Shown here one piece after another: positions 1 to 10,920 of a DNA stretch of 64,000 bases. The notes beneath the pieces are model-generated. The model did no database searches. It saw only the letters and a list, made by a program, of their open reading frames with translations, and was not told the origin of the DNA. The translations under genes and the position numbers were made by a program. The stretch lies in the NCBI GenBank assembly GCA_047639355.1, contig JBLIOC010000001.1, positions 3,215 to 67,214 of the forward strand, written 5' to 3'. Every line of letters starts with the position of its first letter. The stretch's first letter is position 1. The DNA comes from Minisyncoccia bacterium (GTDB taxonomy: Bacteria; Patescibacteriota; Minisyncoccia; Phycocordibacterales; UBA918).

Positions 1-16
1 GGAAGTTAAATCACTA

Positions 17-43
17 AGCCGGTAATCCATACCGGCTTTTTTT
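17..43 (+). terminator. Rho-independent terminator of the upstream gene, which lies outside the window
   Basis: Hairpin AGCCGGTA-atcca-TACCGGCT at 17-37, followed by TTTTTTT at 37-43. Confidence 0.6.
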
Positions 44-56
44 ATTATCCAGGGCG

Positions 57-2099
57 GTGTATAGTACATACGTGAAATTCGAAATCTCTACAGACAAAAC
101 TCCAGCCGGCGACCAACCAGCTGCAATAAAGGCGCTGGTTGATGGCATTAAGGCTGGCAATCAAGCCCAAACTCTCTTGGGTGTTACCGGATCTGGTAAG
201 ACCTTCACCGCCGCTAATGTTATTCAGCAAATACAAAAACCAACTCTTGTTATTGCTCACAATAAGACATTAGCTGCTCAGCTGGCACAGGAATATGCTG
301 ATTTTTTTCCAAATAATGCAGTGCACTATTTTGTTTCTTACTACGACTATTATCAACCTGAGGCGTATATGCCAACTTCTGATACGTATATTGAAAAAGA
401 ATCGCAAATAAACGAAGAAATTGACAGACTCCGACATGCATCAACACAAGCACTCTTGACTCGTGAGGACGTAATTATTGTCGCTTCAGTATCTTGTATT
501 TACGGGCTAGGTTCTCCAAAGGAATATGAAAAACGACATCTAAAGATTGAGGTTGGTTATGATGCAACCAGAACAGAAATGCTCCGAACATTAATTGGAA
601 TGTATTTTGAAAGAACAAATGCAGATTTGAAGCCAGCTCAATTTCGAGCGGTAGGGAACACGATTGAAGTAATGCCCACCAACGAACGAGTTATATATAG
701 GCTGAAATTTTCCGGAAGCAAAATCACTCACATAACAAAAATTGATGAAATAACCAGAGCCATAATTGATGAGCCAGATGTGTTTTTCTTGTTCCCGGCC
801 AAGCACTTTGTGACACCTGAAGAAGTACGTAAGGTAGCAGCAGCTGATATAAAGGCTGAGCTTGATTCACAGTTACGAAAATTTAAAAAGGAAGGAAAAT
901 TACTGGAAGCGGAGAGAATAAAGCGCCGTACAGACCACGACTTGGCTCTTATTAGAGAAATGGGTTTTTGCAATGGTATAGAAAACTACTCGAGACACTT
1001 TGATCGACGTGCTCCAGGGGAAGCTCCGTACACCCTGCTTTCATATTTTCCACATACACCAGAAGGAAAACCAGACTTTTTGACTATTATTGACGAATCA
1101 CACGTTACAATTCCACAACTTAATGGAATGTATGCCGGTGACCGCTCACGCAAGGTCACGTTGGTAGACTATGGATTTAGACTTCCAAGTACCGTAGACA
1201 ACCGTCCGTTACGATTTGAGGAGTTTCAAGAAAGGGTTGGTCAACAGATATATACCACCGCAACTCCAGGCAAGTTTGAGGCAACAGCAATGAAAGCCGA
1301 AAACTTGAAACCGATTGAACAAATCATTAGACCAACTGGCTTAATAGACCCAGAAATTGAGGTACGAGGTATTGTGGAAGATGGTGCATATCCGGGCCAA
1401 GTGAAAGATTTTATTGCAGAATCAGAGAAAGTAATTGAAGGTGGAGCCAGAGTGCTGGTGACTACTTTAACTAAACGTATGGCCGAAGACTTGGCAGAAT
1501 TTTTGTCTGAAAAGAATATTAAAACCAAGTATATTCACAGTGATGTGAAAACGATGGAACGAATTGAGATCCTGACAGACTTTAGAAAAGGAATATTTGA
1601 CTGTTTGGTAGGTGTGAACCTGCTACGAGAAGGACTCGATTTACCGGAAGTTGAACTTGTAGCTATTCTTGATGCAGATAAAGCTGGATTTTTGCGTAGT
1701 GAAACAGCTCTTATTCAAACAATCGGACGAGCCGCACGAAATGTAAACGGAAGAGTAGTATTATATGCAGATGAGATGACGGTAGCCCTTGAGTATGCAA
1801 TAGGTGAAACAAATCGGAGACGAGAAAGACAAGTTATATATAACAAGAAACATGGTATTACTCCTAAAACAATCGTTAAGGAAATAAAATCAATTGCCGA
1901 TCAAATGCGATCTGAGCACGATGAAACTGTGGAAACGCTTCTTAAAGTGGATATGGAGCTATATAAAAAAAATCCCAAGAAAACTCTTAAAGATAAAAAA
2001 AGACAAATGGAAGAAGCTGTTTCATTGCTTGATTTTGAAACAGCTGCAATAATTCGAGACGAATTAAAATACCTAGAAGAATCAGAAATTGAAAAATAG
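57..2099 (+). CDS. uvrB: Excinuclease ABC subunit B (UvrB)
   Basis: The 680-aa ORF has an N-terminus typical of UvrB (GDQPAAI, LLGVTGSGKTF). It carries the FVSYYDYYQPEAY helicase motif, and a UVR domain (ETAAIIRDEL) at the C-terminus. Confidence 0.95.
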   Translation: MYSTYVKFEISTDKTPAGDQPAAIKALVDGIKAGNQAQTLLGVTGSGKTFTAANVIQQIQKPTLVIAHNKTLAAQLAQEYADFFPNNAVHYFVSYYDYYQPEAYMPTSDTYIEKESQINEEIDRLRHASTQALLTREDVIIVASVSCIYGLGSPKEYEKRHLKIEVGYDATRTEMLRTLIGMYFERTNADLKPAQFRAVGNTIEVMPTNERVIYRLKFSGSKITHITKIDEITRAIIDEPDVFFLFPAKHFVTPEEVRKVAAADIKAELDSQLRKFKKEGKLLEAERIKRRTDHDLALIREMGFCNGIENYSRHFDRRAPGEAPYTLLSYFPHTPEGKPDFLTIIDESHVTIPQLNGMYAGDRSRKVTLVDYGFRLPSTVDNRPLRFEEFQERVGQQIYTTATPGKFEATAMKAENLKPIEQIIRPTGLIDPEIEVRGIVEDGAYPGQVKDFIAESEKVIEGGARVLVTTLTKRMAEDLAEFLSEKNIKTKYIHSDVKTMERIEILTDFRKGIFDCLVGVNLLREGLDLPEVELVAILDADKAGFLRSETALIQTIGRAARNVNGRVVLYADEMTVALEYAIGETNRRRERQVIYNKKHGITPKTIVKEIKSIADQMRSEHDETVETLLKVDMELYKKNPKKTLKDKKRQMEEAVSLLDFETAAIIRDELKYLEESEIEK

Positions 2100-2153
2100 A
2101 TATTCTGTGAGTTATTATCCAGTAAAATCTGGTTTAGATGATAGTATATAGAT

Positions 2154-2960
2154 ATGTCAGTTCTCGCAGGTAAACATTTTCTAATAGTTGGTAGTGAAAA
2201 TCTTCAAATTAGGAATTTGAAAGAAACTCTACAGTCACATGGCGTAATTGCTTATGAAATGTCTTGTGACGAATTATCTCCAGAAAAGGTTCATGAATTA
2301 AATATTGATTTCATTTTTCTTAATTATTTGGACGATAGTAGGAATTGTAAGAATCTGTTAAGCATACTTAGAATGACCGACTTCAGTAAGTTAATTCCAT
2401 CTTTTATACTTGTCGATAATGTAATTTCTAGAATTGAAGAAGTTATTTCATACGGAGCAACTGATTACTTAACACCAGAAGAGTCAACTGAGACTACTCT
2501 TCAAAAAATAAGAACAATTTTTACCGAGGATAATAAATTTACAGGCAGTTCCTCAATAGATATTACTCCCATGGAAACTTCGCCTACAGCAAAAGGAACC
2601 AGAGTATACGTAGTCGAAGATGATCCTCTACTCAGAGACTTGCTTTCAATGAAATTTGTTAAATCTTCTTTTCCGTTTGCCTTTAGTAAAGATGGAAAAC
2701 AGGCCATCGCACACATAAAGCAATTTCAGCCAGATGTAGTTATTTTAGATTTAATGCTCCCAGGAGTGGACGGTTTTGATTTACTTTTTGAAATAAAAAA
2801 TGATCCATTGGTAAAAGATATACCTGTCATAATTTTCTCAAATAGAGATGTTAGTACCGATAGACAAAAAGCACAAGAAATGGGAGCTGCTGCCTTTTAC
2901 GTTAAGGCAATGACGGACCTTTCTGAACTGGTAAAGAAGATAGAGTTGCTAAAAAAGTAA
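2154..2960 (+). CDS. Response regulator made only of receiver domains (degenerate N-terminal REC plus canonical C-terminal REC), with no output domain
   Basis: The C-terminal half reads VYVVEDDPLLRDLL ... VVILDLMLPGVDGFDLL ... VIIFSNRD, the CheY-like acidic pocket. The N-terminal half is REC-like but lacks the canonical Asp pair. No DNA-binding domain follows. Confidence 0.75.
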   Translation: MSVLAGKHFLIVGSENLQIRNLKETLQSHGVIAYEMSCDELSPEKVHELNIDFIFLNYLDDSRNCKNLLSILRMTDFSKLIPSFILVDNVISRIEEVISYGATDYLTPEESTETTLQKIRTIFTEDNKFTGSSSIDITPMETSPTAKGTRVYVVEDDPLLRDLLSMKFVKSSFPFAFSKDGKQAIAHIKQFQPDVVILDLMLPGVDGFDLLFEIKNDPLVKDIPVIIFSNRDVSTDRQKAQEMGAAAFYVKAMTDLSELVKKIELLKK

Positions 2961-2977
2961 TATTATAATTTAATTCC

Positions 2978-5467
2978 ATGGCTGCTGTAAAAAAAATATT
3001 TACGAAATCAAGTACAAAGCTTGTGAAAAAAACACCAGCCCAAAAACCTGTGGCTGTTAAAACCAGCGCAAGTAAAATTTCTAATAGATCGTCTCCAGGC
3101 GCAGCCTCAGAAAGAAAGCCAGTTACAAAAAAGACCACATTAAAGAAAAAGCCTCTAAATAAGAATAGAAAAATTTCCCGCATAAAAAAAGTCGACTCTG
3201 TTTCTTTGCCTAATAATATGAGCTTACGCGCTGTCGAAAAAACTTTTGTTTTCAAGCGTGAGTTCGATAAATTTTTAAGGCAACCAATGTATAGAATTGC
3301 TTATGTAGCAGGCCTTTCTTTCGTACTCGTTGGTTCTTTTTTTGCAGTTAGTCATATTGTCCCGTCTAACTTGCCTTACTTGATGTTGGGCCAGCTAGCA
3401 ACCAATGATTCAATTGACACTACTTCTGATTCTATTTTAAATAGTAGCACGGATCTAGTAACCACTGAGGTGGCAGTTCCTAATCCAACATTTAAGTTTA
3501 TTAGTAACATTCCCGATGAAATCAGTGATGATTTACGAATGACTTTTATTGTCACGAATGCTGAAATGGTTTCTTCCAGACTTGCACGAATTGGCCATCA
3601 TGATTTTTCTAGTTTAAAAACAACTATACTTTCTGATAATAAATATCGAGTTAACATTTCCGTAGCTAATCTCCCAGACGGCATTTATAATTTGAAAATT
3701 TACGTAAAACCATTAAATGGCAACAACGGTACTGTTTTTGAATCAAGAGAATTCAGTGTGGTTAACGATTCATTCGTCGATATAGCTGACGTTTCAATCA
3801 TCTCTGGTACAGAAGATGGACAGATAAACCTAGCTACTGGCACTGAATCTACAGAAACTGGAACCACCCAATTACTTTCAATTACTCCTGATTATGTCGT
3901 CGAAAATCAAGATGTTAGTCGTCCGCCAGACAATGGCCCAACGATAGCCACAACTAATGATACTGATGATGACAGTACTACTGAAAAAGTTGTACCTCCT
4001 TCTTCCAGTGAGCGGTCAGTTACTCCGTTTGCTCTCTTCGTACCCGATGATTCAGTTTTAAATGGTGTAAAAACTGTCAAAGTGTCTGCTCTTAAAGAAT
4101 ATCTGTGGATTGAACTTTACGCTCGACCAATCAGGTCTCTTGATACGATCTTTGTAGCCCGTGCTGTAAAACGAAGCGGGGAATGGTATTTTGTGATCGA
4201 CTCAACTAATCTTCCAAACGGAAAGTATGAGTTTACAGCTAAAACTGATTTTAACAACTCAATCATTAAAACCAGACCGATTCTAGTTTTGGTAGAAAAC
4301 AGCGTGAAACCTTACGTAAAAGAAACTGTTTTGCCAGATGTTTCTGTTGATACAGAGAAGAAAGAAATTTCTGTCCGTGAACTGCCTCCCAAACTGGAAG
4401 ATCAGAATTTTGTTCCTACTGTCAACTTGGACGATGATGTGAAAAGAGAAACTGATGATCTTTTGGTAAATAACGTAGATGATTTTAATACGCTTTTTAG
4501 ACATTACGCAACAGCTCAACAGTCTGGAGATGAGATGCTCATTCGAACAGCGAAAGAAGCACTGGAAGAAAAACGCAAAGCCCTTGTAACGATTACTCTT
4601 CATAACGAAAGGCTTAGATATATATCAGATAATATTGACGAGGAACTTACCTTAAGAGTCATTGAATTGGAAGAGAAAATAAACGTCTTTGAAAAAATCC
4701 GACGTGAAAAAAGTCAAGGCAAAACCGCCATAGATACAGACAAGGACGGAATATCCGATTTTGACGAGATTCACCTATATAATACGAACCCTGAAGCTGT
4801 TGATACAGATAATGATGGTATTACCGATGGAATTGAAATCATGCGTGGTTATAACCCTAATAACGCAGCACCTGAAGCTATTGTCGAGTTTGAGTCGCCA
4901 CGTGAGACTGTAGGACTACTGCGAGATGATGTGTTAACAATGAAAGAAGTCTTGCCTGTTATACAAATAAGTGACGCAAATGATGCACAGATTGTAAAAA
5001 CTGAAATTAGAGGTAAGGGCTTACCAAACAGTTTTGTTACTTTATACATTTATAGTACACCCACTGTAGTAACAATCAGAACTGACGCTGATGGTGAATT
5101 TGTTTACACTTTCGACAAAGAGTTAGAAGACGGGCAGCATGATATCTATATTGCTATGACTGATAATGCGGGAGAAATAATAGCGCAAAGTAGTCCTTTC
5201 TCTTTCTTTAAGCAAGCGCAAGCTTTTACTGTTGTTAATGATACTGGTGCAGGTTTAGTTACTTCAGATAGTGTGAAAGAGTCTGTAAAAAGTTCTTATA
5301 GCACAGTGGTGGGTATGGGAATTTTAGCACTTGGTCTTATTCTACTTATGTTAGGCATGACTCTTCGTCCCAAAAATGATGATTTAAACGAAGACTCAGA
5401 CTATGTGTCCAATCCTAACGCTGACAGAGTTACATTTGATGATAATAAGCATCTAGAATCATCATGA
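2978..5467 (+). CDS. Large membrane-anchored surface protein with thrombospondin type-3 (Ca-binding) repeats and Ig-like domains
   Basis: 829 aa. The N-terminal ~100 aa are Lys-rich and basic (KKTPAQKPVAVK ... KKKPLNKNRK). A TM helix follows (IAYVAGLSFVLVGSFFAV). The TSP3-type repeats read DTDKDGISDFDE ... DTDNDGITDGIE. A C-terminal TM helix is present (VVGMGILALGLILLMLGM). Confidence 0.7.
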   Translation: MAAVKKIFTKSSTKLVKKTPAQKPVAVKTSASKISNRSSPGAASERKPVTKKTTLKKKPLNKNRKISRIKKVDSVSLPNNMSLRAVEKTFVFKREFDKFLRQPMYRIAYVAGLSFVLVGSFFAVSHIVPSNLPYLMLGQLATNDSIDTTSDSILNSSTDLVTTEVAVPNPTFKFISNIPDEISDDLRMTFIVTNAEMVSSRLARIGHHDFSSLKTTILSDNKYRVNISVANLPDGIYNLKIYVKPLNGNNGTVFESREFSVVNDSFVDIADVSIISGTEDGQINLATGTESTETGTTQLLSITPDYVVENQDVSRPPDNGPTIATTNDTDDDSTTEKVVPPSSSERSVTPFALFVPDDSVLNGVKTVKVSALKEYLWIELYARPIRSLDTIFVARAVKRSGEWYFVIDSTNLPNGKYEFTAKTDFNNSIIKTRPILVLVENSVKPYVKETVLPDVSVDTEKKEISVRELPPKLEDQNFVPTVNLDDDVKRETDDLLVNNVDDFNTLFRHYATAQQSGDEMLIRTAKEALEEKRKALVTITLHNERLRYISDNIDEELTLRVIELEEKINVFEKIRREKSQGKTAIDTDKDGISDFDEIHLYNTNPEAVDTDNDGITDGIEIMRGYNPNNAAPEAIVEFESPRETVGLLRDDVLTMKEVLPVIQISDANDAQIVKTEIRGKGLPNSFVTLYIYSTPTVVTIRTDADGEFVYTFDKELEDGQHDIYIAMTDNAGEIIAQSSPFSFFKQAQAFTVVNDTGAGLVTSDSVKESVKSSYSTVVGMGILALGLILLMLGMTLRPKNDDLNEDSDYVSNPNADRVTFDDNKHLESS

Positions 5468-6816
5468 TCTCTCGAGTTCTCACGGCTCTTGAAAGAGGAC
5501 TTCTCGTGATGAGACTAAATTCTCACATGTTATTGGTAGGAGCTCTAGTGTTTGTCTTTCCATTACTATTTGTGTGGGTTACAAATTCGCTTTTTGAGTT
5601 TACAAGCAGCAGTATTGATACGGCTGATAGACATCGTATTGGTGTATTGCATGACTCCATCACAGCCCTGGTGCTCTCTAATGCTCCGACCGAGATAATC
5701 CAGTCTACTATTGAATCAGTTGCTAAGAGGGTCGAGCCCGAGGATCAAATAAAAGTATCGGATATTAAATTATTCAAGGAAGTTAATGGAGAACTTGTTG
5801 TTTTAAATGCTTTCGACCGCGAAACTATCGGAACAACTACAGATTCTGGTGTAAAAATACTCAGGAAGACGCCTTTTTCAGATGTCTTCGACTTCCATAG
5901 TTCAGACTATGATATAGGTAAGAGTATTATTCGCCAATCTTACCAGCGAATCGCAACGCCAGATGGATATTTCTACCTTATGTCCGAGCACGACCGAACA
6001 TCTTTCGAATCCCTTTTGATGTCAAGAAAGCAAACGTCCTATCTCATTCTTTCAGTAATATTTTCTTTTCTTATTGCTTTGGCATACTGGCTTAATAAGC
6101 AAGTTGATTGGAAAAAGAATCATAGTGAATTAGAGGAGCAGCTAAATGAACGGGATCTTTTTTCAAATATGATTGCCCATGAATTTCGTTCCCCATTAAC
6201 TGCCATTAAAGGTTATTCTAGTTTTTTGCAAGAATCTAATAGTTTAAGTAAAGACGAATTACGTTTTGCAGCCAATATCTACAATTCGGCTGAAAGGTTA
6301 GTGGTATTGGTAAACGATTTTCTTGAAGTCTCACGCTTACATTCTGGAAAAATAAAAGTTGAAATCAGTGAGGTAGATTTACGTGACATCCTTACTTCGG
6401 TTAGCGAAGACCTTAAAGGGTTAGCTGAAGGAAAGAACCTAAGACTTGTTTATCAAAAAAGTGCAAACCAAATTTTGTTTAAAACTGACCCTGCAAGAAT
6501 GACCCAAGTTTTAATTAATATAGTTAGCAATGCCGTTAAGTATACTGATAGTGGAACGGTAGAGCTTGAGTGTTCACAGATGCCAGGTGAGGTAACGATT
6601 ACCGTCAAGGACACTGGTACGGGTATTAGTGCTGAAGATCAACAGAAACTGTTTGCCCCATTTACTAGAGTTGGGGATGTAGATGAAGGTTCTACTACTG
6701 GAACTGGTTTAGGTATGTGGATTACTAAACAGCTAGTCGCATTATTGAATGGGACTATCGGCGTCGAATCTATTAAAGGTGTTGGCACACACATTGTTAT
6801 AAGGTTTAAACAATGA
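5464..6816 (+). CDS. Sensor histidine kinase (two TM helices, HisKA plus HATPase_c)
   Basis: H-box HEFRSPLTAIKGY. N, G1 and G2 boxes are present (NAVKYT, VKDTGTGIS, GTGLGM). The start overlaps the preceding stop by 4 nt (ATGA). Confidence 0.9.
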   Translation: MISRVLTALERGLLVMRLNSHMLLVGALVFVFPLLFVWVTNSLFEFTSSSIDTADRHRIGVLHDSITALVLSNAPTEIIQSTIESVAKRVEPEDQIKVSDIKLFKEVNGELVVLNAFDRETIGTTTDSGVKILRKTPFSDVFDFHSSDYDIGKSIIRQSYQRIATPDGYFYLMSEHDRTSFESLLMSRKQTSYLILSVIFSFLIALAYWLNKQVDWKKNHSELEEQLNERDLFSNMIAHEFRSPLTAIKGYSSFLQESNSLSKDELRFAANIYNSAERLVVLVNDFLEVSRLHSGKIKVEISEVDLRDILTSVSEDLKGLAEGKNLRLVYQKSANQILFKTDPARMTQVLINIVSNAVKYTDSGTVELECSQMPGEVTITVKDTGTGISAEDQQKLFAPFTRVGDVDEGSTTGTGLGMWITKQLVALLNGTIGVESIKGVGTHIVIRFKQ

Positions 6817-6900
6817 GATTCCATCAATACTAAGACCGCGTACTACTATAAATTGAATTCTACCTTTGTACACCGTAATTTATTCGGGTAGCTTCTATAA

Positions 6901-6928
6901 TTGCGAATAAGCAGTTTATCAGTATAAT
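6901..6928 (+). promoter_or_regulatory. Candidate sigma-70 promoter upstream of uvrA
   Basis: TTGCGA, a 16-nt spacer, then TATAAT. It lies 24 nt upstream of the GTG start at 6952. Confidence 0.35.
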
Positions 6929-6951
6929 GACCACTAAATCTTCATCACCAT

Positions 6952-9645
6952 GTGGAGAGGCAAAGTAGTGTGAAATCGCTACTAATTCAAACGAAAGAAC
7001 TTATGTCAACATCAAAAAAGAAACCAATAACTGCATGGGAAGAGCCGTCAGGTGCTGAGGCACCCAAGATTATTGTTCGTGGTGCCAGGACTCATAATCT
7101 CAAAAATATTGATGTTGAGATGCCTCGCGGAAAAATGATAGCTATTACCGGCCCGTCAGGCTCTGGAAAGTCATCACTTGCCTTCGATACTATTTTCGCT
7201 GAGGGTCAACGTCGATATGTTGAGTCTCTCTCACCCTATGCCAGACAATTTTTGAATAAAATGCAAAAACCTGATGTTGATGAAATTTCAGGTCTTTCGC
7301 CAGCAATATCAATTGATCAAAAGTCTGCTTCTCGAAACCCTCGTTCTACAGTCGCTACAATTACAGAAATTTACGACTACCTACGTATTGTTTATGCCAG
7401 GATCGGACAACCGTACTGTTTAGATGTTGATGTACCAATCCAAAAGCTATCCCAAGATGAAATCCTAGGTATAATTTTAAAATCAATTGAGGACAAAGAA
7501 GTAAAAAAGGCAAAAAAACAGCAGTCAGAAAGTGTGTTAGGAATAGAACTATCAAAGGGTAGGGTTTCAATATTTTCACCTGTCGTAGTTGGCCGGAAGG
7601 GTGAGTATTATCAGATGCTCTATGATTTGCTAAACAAGGGCTACGAGGCAGTAAAAATTGACGGTAATATAAAGCAATTAAGAGAGAAAATTGTTTTAAC
7701 AAAGACTAAACGGCATGATATAGATGTACTGGTTGATGAAATATACGTAAGTGAGTTTATTAACGACCCAAAAGGTTCACGTGAACGATTGTCGGAAGCT
7801 GTTGAATTGGCTTTGGCTGAATCAAAAGGCCTTGTAAAAATTGAAAGTCCTGATGGCGCAGAGAGAACTCTTTCCGCAAAATTTATTTGCCCAATTGACG
7901 GTTCATCTTTTCCTGAAGTTGAACCTAGATTGTTTTCCTTCAATTCACCGTACGGAGCCTGTCCTGAGTGTAACGGACTTGGAGTTATAGGTATTTTTCA
8001 AAGCGATGAATGTCCAAAATGTGAAGGAGCCAGACTACGTTCTGAGGCCCTTAGGGTATATCTAGGTGGAGATGATGAACATCTTGGCACGAACATTGTT
8101 GATTTTACTCGAATGACGGTTGGCCAAGCCGCTGATTTTGTTTCTGGACTAAAGCTTTCAAAAAAAGATCATGACATAGCTTGGCCAGCTTTGCGGGAAG
8201 TTATTGAGCGTCTTGATTTTATGAAAGATGTTGGAATTGAATACCTAACTCTTGATCGTCGAGCAAATACTTTATCTGGCGGGGAAGCGCAGCGAATTAG
8301 ACTAGCTTCACAGCTGGGTTCTGGTTTAGTGGGTGCGCTGTATGTTCTTGACGAACCAACCATTGGTCTTCATCAGCGAGACAATGACAAGTTAGTTAAA
8401 ACTCTATTAGAACTGCGAGATCTAGGAAATACTATCATCGTTGTAGAACACGATGAGGACACTATTCATGCTGCTGATTATCTAATTGATATCGGACCAG
8501 GAGCTGGTGTACGCGGAGGCGAGGTTATAGTGGCTGACTACATGCAAAAACTTTTGTCTGAGAAAACGAATACTTCTGGTTCTGTCACTCTTGATTATCT
8601 TCGTGGTGACAAAAAAATTGCAGTGCCTGAGCGTCGCACTAGTGAAAAAGGGAAGATTAAAATAACTGGAGGAAAGGCTTTTAACATTAAAAATCTTAAC
8701 GTTGATATTCCACTTGGTCGGCTGATTTGTGTGACGGGCGTGTCAGGCTCTGGCAAGTCTACCTTTATGTACGAAATCCTAGACAGAAACTTGAAAGCTA
8801 GATTGGAAAAACGTCATCGTACAGCTAAGACATATAATTGTAAATCTATTACGGGCACGGAGTATCTAGGTCGGTCGGTGCTGATTAATCAGTCACCGAT
8901 TGGTCGCACTCCACGAAGTAATCCAGCTACGTACACCGGTGCCTTTACACATATTCGTGATTTATTTGCGGCCACAAGTGAAGCTAAAGCGCGGGGTTGG
9001 AAGCCGGGAAGATTTAGTTTCAATGTTAAAGGTGGACGCTGTGAAGCCTGTCAAGGAAATGGAGTCATTGCGGTGGAGATGCATTTTTTACCAACCGTCT
9101 ATGTTACATGTGATATTTGTGACGGCAGTCGTTTTACAAATGAAACACTAGAGGTGACTTTTAGAAAAAAGAATATTTATGAAGTTCTTCATTTAACTAT
9201 AGAAGATGCTCACAAATTTTTTGTTGATATACCAGCTATTCAAGAAAGATTAAAAGCAATGCTTGATGTTGGTTTAGGTTATCTAGAGCTAGGTCAAAGC
9301 GCCACCACTCTATCGGGAGGTGAAGCGCAGCGTGTAAAAATTGCTTCTGAACTGTATCGACCGCACACCCAAAAAACAATTTACCTTCTTGATGAGCCAA
9401 CTATTGGCTTACACTATGAAGACGTAAAAAAGCTTATTGAAATTTTACAGAAACTTGTGAATGCGGGGAATACTGTCATGGTTATTGAACACAATCTGGA
9501 TTTAGTCAAAAGCGCAGATTATATTATTGATATTGGTCCCGAAGGAGGACAAAAGGGCGGTCAAGTTGTAGCAAAAGGTACTCCTGAAGAAGTTGCTGAT
9601 AATCCTAAGTCATATACTGGAGCTTACCTTAAAAAAGTTCTCTGA
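6952..9645 (+). CDS. uvrA: Excinuclease ABC subunit A (UvrA)
   Basis: Two ABC ATPase modules ([22 protein letters not shown], two LSGGEAQR signatures). Zn-finger cysteines are present ([16 protein letters not shown]). The frame opens at GTG 6952; an alternative ATG start is at 7003 (MSTSKKK). Confidence 0.93.
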   Translation: MERQSSVKSLLIQTKELMSTSKKKPITAWEEPSGAEAPKIIVRGARTHNLKNIDVEMPRGKMIAITGPSGSGKSSLAFDTIFAEGQRRYVESLSPYARQFLNKMQKPDVDEISGLSPAISIDQKSASRNPRSTVATITEIYDYLRIVYARIGQPYCLDVDVPIQKLSQDEILGIILKSIEDKEVKKAKKQQSESVLGIELSKGRVSIFSPVVVGRKGEYYQMLYDLLNKGYEAVKIDGNIKQLREKIVLTKTKRHDIDVLVDEIYVSEFINDPKGSRERLSEAVELALAESKGLVKIESPDGAERTLSAKFICPIDGSSFPEVEPRLFSFNSPYGACPECNGLGVIGIFQSDECPKCEGARLRSEALRVYLGGDDEHLGTNIVDFTRMTVGQAADFVSGLKLSKKDHDIAWPALREVIERLDFMKDVGIEYLTLDRRANTLSGGEAQRIRLASQLGSGLVGALYVLDEPTIGLHQRDNDKLVKTLLELRDLGNTIIVVEHDEDTIHAADYLIDIGPGAGVRGGEVIVADYMQKLLSEKTNTSGSVTLDYLRGDKKIAVPERRTSEKGKIKITGGKAFNIKNLNVDIPLGRLICVTGVSGSGKSTFMYEILDRNLKARLEKRHRTAKTYNCKSITGTEYLGRSVLINQSPIGRTPRSNPATYTGAFTHIRDLFAATSEAKARGWKPGRFSFNVKGGRCEACQGNGVIAVEMHFLPTVYVTCDICDGSRFTNETLEVTFRKKNIYEVLHLTIEDAHKFFVDIPAIQERLKAMLDVGLGYLELGQSATTLSGGEAQRVKIASELYRPHTQKTIYLLDEPTIGLHYEDVKKLIEILQKLVNAGNTVMVIEHNLDLVKSADYIIDIGPEGGQKGGQVVAKGTPEEVADNPKSYTGAYLKKVL

Positions 9646-9684
9646 TTGACCAGCTTTCTATAAAAAGAAGTTTAAAATACTTAA

Positions 9685-10920
9685 ATGAATAAGTCTGATC
9701 TAGCAAGAAAAAAATTGCCTGACAAACCAGGTGTCTACTTCTTTCTTGGTACAAGAAAGAAAATTCTTTACATCGGAAAAGCAACTTCACTTATGAATCG
9801 TGTGCGTAGCTATTTTACGAGTGATATTAAAGAGAAACGATCCTCCTTGATTGAAAAAATGGTGCTAGAGGCAAAGACCATTGAGTACACAAAAACTGAC
9901 AGTGTTTTGGAAGCCTTAATTCTTGAGACTAATCTCATACGTACACATAAGCCCTTTTATAATACGCGAAGTAAAGATGATAAAAGTTACAATCATTTAA
10001 TTATTACAAATGAGGGATTTCCTAGAGTATTAGTGGTGAGGGGTAAGGATTTGACTGAGCAGTTTGTGGAGTCAGCTATTAAATATCACTTTGGGCCGTT
10101 TCCAAGCGGTCAATTATTTCGTGAAGCTTTAAAAATAGTTCGTAAATTATTTCAATTTTATGACACTAAAGCCCCAATTGGTGAAGAGAAAAATAAGATG
10201 GCCAAAGGAAAGATTGATTTTAATCGGCAGATCGGCCTTTATCCAGAAAAACAATCAAAGCGTGAATACAACAAGACAATTCGACACTTGCGACTATTTT
10301 TTGAAGGGAAGAAGCACCAGCTTATTAAAGAGCTAGAAATGGAGATGGTCACTTTGGCCAACGTCGAAAAATTTGAAGCTGCTAATGTGATAAAGCAACG
10401 TATATTTGCTCTTAATCATATACAAGATATTGCCCTTATAAAAGATGAATCTCGAGTCTACCGTGATGAGAAACGTGTGCGGATTGAAGCCTATGATATT
10501 GCCCACCTTCAAGGTGAAGACATGGTTGGAGTAATGACTGTTCTTGAAAGTGGGGAACCTGTCAAAAGTGAGTATCGTAAATTTAAAATTGGAAACTTCA
10601 CTAAAGCCAATGATACAGGCGCTCTAAAGGAAGTTCTCAGTCGAAGACTGAAGCACGAAGAATGGCCAATGCCACAAATTATAGTTGTGGATGGTGGTGC
10701 GGCCCAAAAGAATGCAGCTCAGCTTATTTTGAGCCAAAAAAATATGGTGATTCCGGTTGTGGCTGTCGTCAAAGACGATCGTCATAAACCAGTCCGCCTA
10801 ATCGGTCAAAAAATAATTCTCGAATTGCATAAACATTCCATTTTGTTAGCTAACGCTGAGTCACACCGTTTTGCTGTTAACTATCATCGAACTAAGAGAA
10901 GTAAGCATTTACGTGCATAA
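9685..10920 (+). CDS. uvrC: Compact UvrC (GIY-YIG, UVR and RNase H-like endonuclease domains; no C-terminal HhH2)
   Basis: GIY-YIG N-terminus (GVYFFLGTRKKILYIGKA). UVR-type helix (VTLANVEKFEAANVIKQRIFAL). C-terminal nuclease domain (RIEAYDIAHLQGEDMVGV ... VVDGGAAQ). It is 411 aa against about 600 in canonical UvrC. Confidence 0.8.
   Translation: MNKSDLARKKLPDKPGVYFFLGTRKKILYIGKATSLMNRVRSYFTSDIKEKRSSLIEKMVLEAKTIEYTKTDSVLEALILETNLIRTHKPFYNTRSKDDKSYNHLIITNEGFPRVLVVRGKDLTEQFVESAIKYHFGPFPSGQLFREALKIVRKLFQFYDTKAPIGEEKNKMAKGKIDFNRQIGLYPEKQSKREYNKTIRHLRLFFEGKKHQLIKELEMEMVTLANVEKFEAANVIKQRIFALNHIQDIALIKDESRVYRDEKRVRIEAYDIAHLQGEDMVGVMTVLESGEPVKSEYRKFKIGNFTKANDTGALKEVLSRRLKHEEWPMPQIIVVDGGAAQKNAAQLILSQKNMVIPVVAVVKDDRHKPVRLIGQKIILELHKHSILLANAESHRFAVNYHRTKRSKHLRA

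Noticed and set aside
8900-9151. 83-aa + strand ORF in an alternate frame inside uvrA; similar cases at 7361-7943 and 8169-8363 on the minus strand
   Set aside because: They lie inside a continuous, motif-rich UvrA reading frame.
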